From Epiperipatus broadwayi (Eukaryota > Animalia > Onychophora): DNA of 64,000 bases. The notes under the pieces were generated by a model that did no database searches, was not told the origin of the DNA, and saw only the letters and a list, made by a program, of their open reading frames with translations. Below, one piece after another: positions 52,741-64,000 of the stretch; position 1 is the first letter of the stretch, and every line of letters starts with the position of its first letter. The DNA lies in assembly GCA_028023455.1 (NCBI GenBank), contig JAQFVV010000006.1:1302001-1366000 (forward strand), written 5' to 3'. A program made the position numbers and the translations under genes.

Positions 52741-54514
52741 CCTGCATATTATAAAAGTAGAAAAGCGATGGCAATATCATTGTAATGTTGGATAACAAAA
52801 TTTTTACCATACCTTAATAATTGTATAAATTTTCTGTTTTAAATTATTGAATTAAAGATAGCATTTCAACCTTGAAATGCAAGATTCTGTAAATAATTGG
52901 ACTTTGCTGAATACTCCAAATAACAGTCACAAAAAAACTTTTAAGTTACATCACTTGTTCAAAAGCAATATAAGCCTAAAATCACACTTTTATTTAGCCA
53001 AAAAACCAGTTTACCTTTGAATAAATTGAAAACTGGTTGGGAAAAAAAAGTATAAATGGATATATTTATCATTTCTTATGTGAACACTATTTTTGTAGTA
53101 AACATAAAAGCCTGACATTAAAAATAGCCTAAAGTGTTATACGAGGTATTCAAACTATTATCAGTATAGTATATAACAATGAACTAATTCGATATCATTA
53201 AATAAATAATCAAATGCCTTTTTGTGCGAGATTCGTAAAAAATTCAAGCACATGAAATGGCGAATCTGCAATCAATCTAAGAACCATATGGTTCAGAATA
53301 TATCTTATCACTGTCTTAAATCACATAGGGCATTATTATTTAATATGTCAACCATTTATGTATGTTGTATTGATATTTGTAAAATTTGTTTTATTTTAAA
53401 AATCTTACATATTTTTCATCTTCAACGCTTTATAGACTAAATTTTTACAGACTATTTGCATAATACTTATATACTTAATATTCTTCATTCAAAAAAACAA
53501 AAAAAAAAACAAACAAATTATTCACAATTTTGTTGAGTATCACTTCTGCCATTTTGAAAGTTGTCAATAACATTACAAACATTATCATTACACAAACACA
53601 AAATAACTTGCAGGATGATACAAATCTAACCATCTTCTTCAATATTAAATGTAAAGATTTGAAAAAGAAAATAACTAATGTAAAATGTACATAGACGAAA
53701 ATGTCAACAATAAATTTTAAAAAACTTATAATCTTACATCAAATTCATTTTCATATGGCATCCTACCGACAACTTACTTAAACAAACAACTAAACATAAA
53801 CTTGGAATCTATACATGTATTCTACAAGATCAAAGTGGAAACTTTTTTTACATTTGTTTAAAGAATGTAGGACATTTAAACTAATAAGTTTGAATCTGTG
53901 TAAGAACTAATAAAGAGAAAATATTAAAAGTTTTCATCCAAATAGTGGAACAGTTTTGGCACACGCTTTATAAAAACAATAGTCAATAAGATGTGATATG
54001 ACTTTTGTTAATAAAAAATACATTTAGTTAAAGAAACTCAAAACCAAACAAATAAAATACTTCTAGAGATATTTAATATAACTGCCAAAAAAAATTTGGT
54101 AAAACACTGATCTTTTTTTGCGTGATATAAAAATTAAATTCTATTAAATTAAGAACAGTGGTTTAAAAATTAAAGATTTTCTAGGATTTTGAATGACGAA
54201 AGATGAAGCAAGATTAAAAAATATATGATATTTAATCAAATATGATGTCTACATATATTAAATATATATAAAAATATAATTAATATATTCCTTAGTTAAT
54301 AAAAAAATTGCGTAAAATAAAATGCATTTATCTTTAGATTTTCTAGTAATGAAATTAAATGCATGTTATTTTCTTTTTTCAGAATTAATATGAAAATTTT
54401 TGAGTTTTATCATGTATAAAGGCATTTATTTAGAAGTTTATCATTTTGGGGAAAAATATTTTGGACAAAAACAAACTTCTACTTATTAAGTTCCAATGCT
54501 TGAATATTCTAGCA

Positions 54515-54552
54515 CCTCACTGAGGAAGCCTGTGGCAGAAACCGGTCTGGAG
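54515..54552 (+). ncRNA. Hammerhead motif (family F3)
   Basis: CCTCA-CTGAGGA-A-GCC[TGT]GGC-A-GAAACCGGTC-TGGAG; flanks homologous to 8280-8370. Confidence 0.6.
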
Positions 54553-55824
54553 ATACTCTGCAAAGCTTGTTAAGAGCTTATTTGTGAGCTCTTTATATAA
54601 CATTTGTAATACAAGCTAGTTAAATTAAGTCATATGAGATGATTTGATTTCTTTGAAATTTTAATAAAAAAAAAAGCTGAATATTTCAAATAAAATTAAA
54701 ACCTATGTTATTTTATGACGTTGATAAGTGTAAAACAAAAACATTAATATATGTGATAACGTAAAAATTTATTACCATGAAAACAAATAATAGCATACTA
54801 ACTGTCATAACAACCTTAGAAGTATTTGCAAGAAAGTTATTCTTTCTTATAGCATCGATTCATTTTAGCACTTTGTCATGGCCAAATGTACTTTGTAACA
54901 ATTTTTTTTTTGTTTTTAGCTATATTTCTATTTCTACTTTAAATTATGTAGGCCTCCTTTCTCTTTAAAATTCTGATCTGTTTCCATGTTTTCCAATAAA
55001 TTCACAAAGCACATCATTAACTTTTTTGTAGACAGTTGCAAACTGCGGAGAAGCTCATGTACCCAGTGAAGTGCTTCTCAAGGTATCTCTAATAAACAAT
55101 CATTGATTAGAATTAATGTCACATCTGACCATGCTGGGTTAGTGTCTTAAAAATTAATGAAGCAAATTTGTCTTTCAGTAAAAAAAAAAAAAGGGTGTGT
55201 GCTATGTATTGCGTATGATATGTCAATTTACAGAAAATTGGTTCCTCTTTTTTTAAAATAGTATATTCTAAACGACAATACTTCATATAGGTTTTTTAAA
55301 TTATTTTTTTGTCACAAAAGTTACACACATATTTTTAAAAATATTTAAAAAAAAATAAAAATAAAAAGGAGAATTCATGGATAAAAATTTTGACCTCGAT
55401 ACACTTACAGGGATATTACATTTTGATGTTATATTGAAATGAATTGCCCCAATCAACTATTTCATATTTATTCTTCACAAAATAAAACTACTTTTAATTA
55501 TAAAAACAAAATTAGCCATATAAACATGTTATCAAAATTGGAAAGAAATGATTCCATTATACTGTTTTACAATGTAATTTTTAAGTAAATAATATACGGA
55601 TAAAATATCAATATATAATAATGATAATCTCATATATTTATTATTAGAGTAATAGACAAAAGCATTTTTCGGCAAATATTTTATGCCCATGTCAGTGTGA
55701 TTACAATCTCTTTTGATGCTTCAATTTACATTACATATATCATGATATCTGTTATTTTTTATATAAAATTAATTAGAGCGGCTAATAATAAAAAGACAGT
55801 TCAAATATTTACAAAGGTAACCGA

Positions 55825-55968
55825 CAAAAATAAAATTTATCAATAAAACTACATTTAACGAGTATAAAAAAAAAAGTACAATAAATACATGAGGGCAACA
55901 AAAATAAAATTTTTCAATAAAACTACATTTAACGACTATAAAAAAAAAGTACAATAAATACATGAGGG
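55825..55968. repeat. Tandem duplication, 2 x ~74 bp
   Basis: caaaaataaaattt...aactacatttaacga...gtacaataaatacatgaggg repeated at 55825 and 55899. Confidence 0.85.
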
Positions 55969-57049
55969 GTCAGATAGACTTTAGGTCAACATGGGTATGA
56001 CGGGAATATTGACCTCAGGGTGGCCTTTGAGCATTCCCATCATCGAATTTTCAATTGGATGGACAGTTGAAGAGTTGGAGTGGATTGAAGCCTGCCCATT
56101 AAAGTATGAAGATTGGCTATCTTAATATATATCTGAGCACTTGTTGCATATATGTATGGAAATAATAATGTGGATCAACTGATGATTGCTGGTTTAGCAT
56201 GAAATATATATATTGGTGATTATTTATCTTTTCGACATATATGTGTTCAGGTGTATCAGTGTTATGAGATAGAATGGAGAGCCGTGTGAAAGTCTGTGCT
56301 CATATACCCTATATATTAATAAATACATTATATAAATTTTCATTTCTTTTTAATTGACCAGTTATTAATTAACCTAACTGATTGTTTTATATATATTCTT
56401 TACAATTATGGTTACTAGTTTCATATATTTTATAGTCTATTTTATGTTCATATTTTAGATACTGAATGCATAATGAAAATTTATCGTCTCTCCTATTAAT
56501 TGCATTATTATATTCTTTTGCGTGTTCATCTAATTGTTTCCCTGCATGTCCATAGCAAATCATTTTGCAATTTCCATAATAAATTTTATATGTAAGTCCT
56601 TTTTTATATTTTATAATTACATATTAATTTATCTATACAATTTTTATTTTTTATTAATGTATTATAAATTTTAGAATACTGTAAAAGTTTTATTCATTTT
56701 TATTATTAGAACCATTTTAATTAATTAATACAATTCTCATTATTTAGAATAGAAATATTATCATAATTTAATTGAGATGTTTTATAATTGAAAAGTATAT
56801 TTTTAATATTATTGGGGTTATGTCCGTAGTTTTTGTGTAATTCAATAGATTGTTCATTTTGTAAATTAGCTATAAATTTACCATATCATTTTTATATAAT
56901 TTTTTTTTTAATAACTGCCATTTTTTTGCATCTATGCTTGTGATGAATCTGTAGGAATTATTTTCATTAATTTATCTTCTTTAATAGATTGTTTTAATTT
57001 AATATTTGAAGGAAATATGCCTATGTGTTTGTAAGAAAGGTTTTTAATA

Positions 57050-57560
57050 AATGTGTTACTAGTTCTTACTTATGGATCTGAGGCTTAGACACTTAGAAGA
57101 GCAATAGAGACTTCAAACCAGTCACTGAAGTATGGAGAGATGTATATTAGGAGTAAGAAGAAATTGGAAACGAAATACATGGGTGAGAGAACAAACATAT
57201 ATAAAGAGCTCTGCTAGTTTGCTCTAACAAGTTTTATTGATAAATGCCAGCTAAACAAAGCATTTAAAAATCTCTATCTTGAAAACCACTCCTTAGCCTC
57301 ATACCAATGGTTTCATGCTTTGGCACTCCTCAGTGAGGCGCTAGGATAGTTTCAGACACTAGATCTTACTGACTTCAGTGAAAGAATTAAGAGATTGAAG
57401 TGTAGCTGGGTTAGAGATATTGCTAGAAAAGATGATAACAGATGGACAGTTGAAATAATTGGATTACAAGAGATTGTAAAAGATCTAAGGAAGTGTGTTA
57501 AGGTCATATGGAGAAGAGAGGCTAGAGATCGAAGGATTGAACTTGGGTAGATTGATAATG
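57050..57560 (+). mobile_element. RTE LINE 3' fragment nested in the PLE
   Basis: VLTYGSEA..., WVREQT|DLTDFSERIKRLKCSW, DDNRWTVEII; itself interrupted by an F2 insert at about 57195-57358. Confidence 0.7.
57296..57339 (-). ncRNA. Canonical type I hammerhead ribozyme (F2), sense in a GGNBP2 intron
   Basis: GCCTCA-CTGAGGA-GTGC[CAAA]GCAT-GAA-ACC[ATT]GGT-A|TGAGGC: all core nucleotides, 6-bp helix I, 4-bp helix II, 3-bp helix III, GUA site at 57302. Confidence 0.85.
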
Positions 57561-59469
57561 GTTGAAAATGATATATCATTATTAAATTCATTATAAATAT
57601 TATTTGTAGCAGATTTATCAATTATTAAAATATTATCCACATATCTAGAATAATGCATTATTTCTTGATTTATTATTATTTTAATTATACTAATTTCTAA
57701 TTCATTTATAAATACTGATGATATTAACCCACTAATTGCATAACCCATTGTCCCTTCTTTATTCATTATTATATTTAAAATATAAACTATTATATATCAA
57801 TGTTAAACCTTCTTTAATATCTATTACATTTATGTATAAATCTAATATTTGTGTACTTGTAATTCTTAGAATACTCAGATAAATTTGCTTTATATCTATT
57901 GTAAATATACTTTGGTTTATATTCAGTTTTGTATTATTTAATTATGATAACATCTCTATTTTTTAAAGAAAATTCTTCATATCCTATAACATTTGCTATC
58001 TATTTATTTAAATATTTGTAAAATTTCTATAGAATAAACAATATATGGAATTTCATAAGAAAAAGGATTCAGTAATTTAAATTTATAATTTTGTGTTTTC
58101 TCATTTTTTTTAATATTAACTTTATATATTTCATTTTTAATAACTGAAACACAGGCTTATTCTATACCTGTGTCTATATATGTAATATATAGGGTATATG
58201 AGCACAGACTTTCAGATAATCTGGACCAACTGATGATTGCTGGTTTAGTATGAAATACGTATATTGGTGATTTTTTATCTTTTCAGCATATATGTGCTTG
58301 AGTGTATCAGTGTCATTAGATAGAGTGGAAAGTGATGGGTCATCTGAAAGTCTGTGCTCATATACCCTATATATTATATTTCATTTTTATAACATTAGAA
58401 GGAATTTTTCTTTTGTTAATTTATTCTATCATTTTTTTTATTTCATGTTTACTCTATCTAAATAGTCATCATAATATATAACAAATCTACCGGCAAAATA
58501 ATATTGCTCGACTATTAGAAATTTTAAGGCACATTCGTTACAGGTTAAAGCCTGTTTAAGTATTTACATATACATCCTATGCGCTCAATAAAATATAATT
58601 ACAACTCTACAAAAGAAAAGTTTATGGAATTATATAAAAATTATGAACATAACCCTAAGAACATTTAAAAATATATTTTTTAATTATAAAATATCTAAAT
58701 TAAGCAATAATATTTCTATTATAAATAATACAAAAATGGATAAAATTTTCTTACTATCCTAAAATTTATAATACATTAATAAAAAGTAAAAATTATATTG
58801 ATAAAAACATAAACATAGGATAATCAAATCATAAAAAGTTCAGATAAATTAATATGTAATTATAAAATAAGATATAAAAAAGGAGTTATATATAAAATTA
58901 ATTGTCGAAATTACAACTTGATTTAATATGGACATACAAAGAAACAATTTGACGAAAGAGCAAAAAAAAACAAAGTAATCAGAGAACCTAACAAAAAGAA
59001 AATATATGAAACTAATTATATTAATTACAATATACATAATTCTATAAATATATATAAAACATCAATTTAACTTAATTAATAACTGCTAAATTATATACGA
59101 GTAGAAAATTATATATCTTTATATGGTGGATTTTTTTGTATATTTTGTATAATTGTTATGTAATTTAATTGATACTGTTTTACTTTTGTTATTTGTAAGT
59201 ATTTGGATTACTTTTTCATTATTAGCTATTCTAATTAATTTTATATAAAAATAACAATAAACACTGAAGCTTTAAAATAAAAATAATTTTATAGTCTATC
59301 TCAATTAAAGGGAACTTCCAAGTTACTCAAAAAAAAATAAAAATCCACATTTGACATGCTATTAAAAACAAATTAAAGGTGAAAACAGTAACTAAGCTGC
59401 AATGCATACAATTACTGCACTATTAGCAAAGAAACCCCCAAAATAAATGATTTTGTTTATATCCAATTT

Positions 59470-59690
59470 TTTTATCATCTCCTCTTATACACTTGACTGC
59501 AATCGTTTTTATAATTTCTTCTTTATTGTGCTTACAGTTTCGATTGTCCTGCAGTCTTCATCAGAGCTCTATATAACTTTCACCTGAGTTATATAGAGCT
59601 CTGATGAAGACTGCAGGACAGCCGAAACTGTAAGCACAATAAAGAAATTATAAAAAAAGATTGCATTAAAGTGTATAAGAGATGATAAAA
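59470..59690. repeat. Head-to-head inverted dimer of HHR family F5
   Basis: ~110-bp arms around ttcacctg; HHRs at 59528-59569 (-) and 59596-59637 (+): GAGCT-CTGATGA-A-GACTG[CAGGA]CAG/AC/TC-GAAACTGT-A|AGCAC. Confidence 0.9.
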
Positions 59691-60780
59691 TTTTTTAATA
59701 TATATGAATATATGATGAGAAATGCAAAAAAAAAGTAAAGAAGAAGATGTAAGGATTTTGTTTTATTTAAGTTATAATATTTAATATCATATATATAAAA
59801 TCCTTATTTTTTCTGTTATCTAATTGGTGAATGTATGTCCAATGACACGTGTCAAATTCACAATCAATTAAAAAAAACTGCGAAGGAAGCAATTCCACCA
59901 TTAAAAAATGCTCAGGAAAAAGCATATGTTTTTAATTACAGAGGTATAGTATTGAAATCGCAAAGAAAATAAGACTACAGTATATAAATTCACATTTGAA
60001 ATGCGACATTTAGTGAAGGAGAAAATATAGATGCTTTAGTTAGTTTGTTTAGCATATTATTACATTTATGTGAAGAATTAATAAAAACCACTTGGAGAAA
60101 AATCAGAAACACATGCTTTAGTACCATATTTACATTTAGTTTTGGTTAGCGTATAATTAAAGTCAAAATGTTAGCTTTTCAGGATGGCTTTATTTTTAAC
60201 ATTTAATATACAATATTAAATCTTTTGTTTAATATCTTAAAAAATTCTGGTTAGTTTATAATTAAAATTGAATTGACAGTCAATATCTCAGATTTAATAT
60301 ATAATATAAAAATCTTTTGTTTAATTTACATTAAATCTTAAAAAAAAATTTGTTAAAACAATGAATTAAAAAAAAAACAATAGCGGCCTATTTAGACCAA
60401 GTACGGTCTGGTTAATATATATAATGATAATCCAATGACACAGGTATTTTTTTATGTTCAACTTGTTTCATACTTTTTGGACCATTTTTATTTCCAATAT
60501 ACTTATTTATTTTTTATTCCCTATGTTTCAATAAAAGAATAAAGTAAATGGTTCTTAAAGAATAATATAAGATTATTTTAACAAAAAGTGTGTGTATAAT
60601 TAGATCGTTTTTATATATTGAATCTGATGGGCCATACTTAGAAATAAAAATGGGGTACTTACTAATAATAAAATCATTAACCAAGTATTAATTAATTAAA
60701 TAATATATTTCTTTTTTTATTATCTGTAACAGTTTAAAAATATGTATTATATTAAAAATAATATTTTTGAGGATATATAT

Positions 60781-62890
60781 TATCATCATCATCATCATTT
60801 CCAACCATTATTGATTCACTATAGAATGAAGATCTCTCCAAGTTTAATCCAATTTCTCCGATATCTAGCCTCTTTTCTCTATATCGTATCAGCAAACATT
60901 CTTATCATATGTAGTCTCTCAGTAGTTGTTTTGCAACCTCTTGGGATCCAGTTTAAGATTTCAACTGTCCATCTATTACCATGTCTTCTAGGAATATCTC
61001 CAACCCAGTTTCATTTTAATCGGTTAATTCTTTAATGATATCAATAATATGTTTATTCTCTCACTCATATATTTTATTTTTGATTCCTATTTGATATTTG
61101 TAACATACATCACTCCACACTAAGTTGAGTGATCTCAAGTCTCTGAATTGTTCTTAAATGCCCAAGTCTCATATGCATAAATAAGAATTGGTAAAACATG
61201 TTTCATGAAAACCTTCCTTTTCAAACACAAAGGCATATTGCGTTTTAATATTTGAGTTAATTCTACGATTAATTTAATACATATTAATAATTGGGCCAAG
61301 GTATTTGTAGGTCTTAACATCAACTCATCATTATCAATCTTTATTTGTTTCTTTTGAGAAACTCCACCACTGAATATTACTTTAGTCTATCTTTAGTCCT
61401 ACTTTCTTACTTCATCTGATAACTCTAACAACATTTTCTAAGCTCCTAAACATTATTTATAAAATCAATCATATTATCTGCTAATTTAGATCACTTAAAT
61501 AATATCCATTTATTTTTATTTATGTTGCCATTTTAATCTCCTAACTTCTTATAAAACTGCTAAAAAACGTTTTGAAGATATGGAATCTTGTTAACACCCT
61601 TGTTTATTTTGATAAATATTCTTCAGAACATGACAATATCCCGGATCTATATCTTGATGATGCAATATTTTAATCACTACAGAAATGCTTATAGAATCAA
61701 ATGATTTCATAAACAAAAAATCTACAGCACAATCACAAACTTATATTCATTAGTCCTTTCTACAATTTCTCTCAAAATTTGGAAGTGATCCACAATGTAA
61801 AGTCACTTTTAAATCCAACTTGTTCTTTTGGTTTGTTAAAATGCTAAGTTCTCTCTAGATGAGTTGAGTTTACCCTGATAAAAATATTGCACGGAATTGC
61901 TAAAACACTAATAGGTTTATAATTTCTAATATCTTCGTTATCACTTTTTTTTTAAATATTAACATTACTACTGCATTTTCCAATCATCTGGTACTTCTTT
62001 ATTATTTAGACATTTGGTATATAACTTTGCCAGCAATTTTTTTTATTTCTTCACCCACTTCCCTTAAGACATTGATTATAATTTCATTATTACATGGAGC
62101 TTTTCCAAAAGTTATTAGAAATTGCAGGCAATAGTTTATTACCTGTTTTTTTATTGCTATATTTCTTTATAAAAAACTGTCATTATTTCATGATCTCTCC
62201 CTTTTAGTAATAGTCTCATCTTTTTTTCTTATTGCAAAAATAAGTTTCTTATCAATACCAAAATGTTTTACACTTTTGAGACTATTTTCTTCTATAGCTT
62301 TCTTTGCTAATTCATATTTTCTTAAATAGTTTATTAACTTTTCCGTATTATTTTACATAATCTAGTTTTCAGATCTTCTTAATGGTCATTTTTATAAAAT
62401 TTCATATTTTTTTCTACATACATCATCGTTTCTCAAAAGAAAATTTACTGGTAATTTGCTTTCATTTTGTACCAATCATCTTTATTGCAGTTCATAATAG
62501 TGTAACTGCTATCTTTTTATTGATTTCCTTCAAATCTGAACCATGTTCAAAATCCGTTAATATTTTAAAACGATTTGCAAGTTCTAATTTGAATTCATTG
62601 GAATGTTTCTAAAGGTTTGAAATATCAACCGTGAATTTCTTGATAATTTTTATCTCCCAAATTGCACATTAAGATGAATCTTACATATCATTAATCGATG
62701 AATACTCCGTATGCTGAGGTCTCAGAAAAGGAAAAATTATATATTATGAATTTGTTCTTTGAGAGAAATGATAAACAGAAATGGACGTGGAAGCATTCAA
62801 ATAAAATTACAGTAGAATTGGATTATATTTTGACTAACAGAACATTTGAATTTCAAGGTCGTAATATTCTTAATAAATTTAATGAAGGCA
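60781..62890 (-). mobile_element. RTE-clade LINE, degenerate, with (ATG)n tail and inverted 5' segment
   Basis: catcatcatcat tail on +, ILIYAYETW and RT remnants on minus; APE fragment LYIMNLFF...KWTW...ELDYILT on + at 62701-62890; flanking GATATATAT repeats. Confidence 0.85.
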
Positions 62891-63099
62891 GATATATATA
62901 TATAAAAATACACAACAAAAGATTATTCTCTGGAAACATACATTAACAGTTGCTTTTTTTAAAGAGAAAAAAGCCGTATCATAGAACATTAATAGAAATT
63001 TTGCATTTATTATTGGTGAATTTAATTCTTAGAAAAGATTCGGGTCTCAAAATCACTAGTTGTTTTGCACATATTCATTATATATATCAAAATACATAC

Positions 63100-63303
63100 C
63101 TTCCTACAAGTTCTGGTTCAGCCCTGCTGATGAGTTGTGCTAGGAAGTCTGTGTCACACAGAACGTGGATATGTCTATCTTGAGGGCAACACCTGATGCC
63201 TTCATACAAAGATGGAAGGTAACCCTTTTCCTTTGTACAGTCTAATTCACCAATTAGTAAACTATAAGCTCTCATAACTTTGGACTTGCATTCAGAACAG
63301 AAT
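63100..63303 (-). CDS. GGNBP2: GGNBP2/ZNF403 internal coding exon (most 5' exon in window)
   Basis: Encodes (R)FCSECKSKVMRAYSLLIGELDCTKEKGYLPSLYEGIRCCPQDRHIHVLCDTDFLAQLISRAEPELVG, closely matching the conserved GGNBP2 segment as recalled (RFCTDCKNKVLRAYNILIGELDCSKEKGY...AEPEF). Acceptor tttttatag, donor AG|gtatgt; 204 bp, phase 2/2. Confidence 0.96.
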
Positions 63304-64000
63304 CTATAAAAAAACATAACAAATCAAAATTATAAATGCTTTAATAAATATTACAAACAATTTTAAAATACATAAAATTATTATTTAAAAATGTTCTTGT
63401 GAGTATTGCTATTACTACATGAATACTGTTCCCAAAAAGAATTAACCAGCATGGTGAGTTTATAGGTTTTTTATATCTAGTTTTAAGACAGTCTTTCTTT
63501 TCAGTTGCCTGATAGTTCTTAACTGAAGCGGCAGTTGAATTTTCTTGAAAGGAGGACCAATGTGTGTGAATGATTTTTTTTATACATATTTATGAAACTA
63601 AATTCCAGTCCTTAATCCCATGATTCCATAAAATTGCAGCCAAAGCTATGGTTGGTAATTGAAAACAGAAGGTGCTAAGAATCATTTGATTGTAAATCCA
63701 CATTGCGATTTGATGACCCTTCATTTACCTATTTATAATTACAAATAAATTGCACGAATTGTAAAAAAAAAAACCTAATTTTAAATAGGACATTACTGGA
63801 CTTTGGGAAAGTTAGAAGATGAAAAGACAATTGATTGAAAAGTGGGATTCATTATAAATTAAAAATAAAAAAACATTATGGAGAGTGATAGTATATTCAA
63901 TAGAATAGAATTTATTCAGAGTGAGGATATATTTAACAGAGAAGCAAGATTAGTTATTCAATTATTTACATTCCATTCTTATTGCGATGAAGAAATACAG

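Larger units (their letters stand above)
56165..58380 (-). mobile_element. Penelope-like element (RT + GIY-YIG pseudogene) flanked by direct-repeat pLTRs with F4 hammerheads
   Basis: Minus strand FTIDIKQIY, GTMGYAISG, YSRYVDNIL (RT) and GLTYKIYYGNCKMICYGHAGKQLDEHAKEY (GIY-YIG); pLTR copies about 56170-56330 and 58220-58375. Confidence 0.85.

Noticed and set aside
63304-64000. Additional upstream GGNBP2 exon (..YLRKH)
   Set aside because: No matching frame found; the next exon must lie outside the window.

Overview
Very AT-rich animal genomic DNA (invertebrate-like; species not identifiable from the sequence), with spliceosomal introns and dense, mostly decayed transposons. The one confidently identified gene is GGNBP2/ZNF403 on the minus strand. 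Seven coding exons (63303 down to the stop at 30719) splice into one open frame through GT-AG junctions; the 5' exons lie beyond the window end. The rest is repeat-dominated: RTE and other APE-RT LINE fossils, Penelope-like element (PLE) RT/GIY-YIG fossils, hAT fossils and MITEs, tRNA-derived SINEs and a 32 x 29-bp minisatellite. The most striking feature is about 20 small type I hammerhead ribozyme (HHR) motifs from about 7 sequence families. The commonest family (F1) is an apparently non-coding unit of about 430-450 bp with one HHR per unit. It occurs as tandem or circularly permuted copies and as head-to-head inverted dimers, the architecture expected of a PLE-mobilised retrozyme / circular-RNA element. 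Several HHRs lie sense within GGNBP2 introns. All structural and homology calls were made by eye; no cleavage, expression or database evidence is available.
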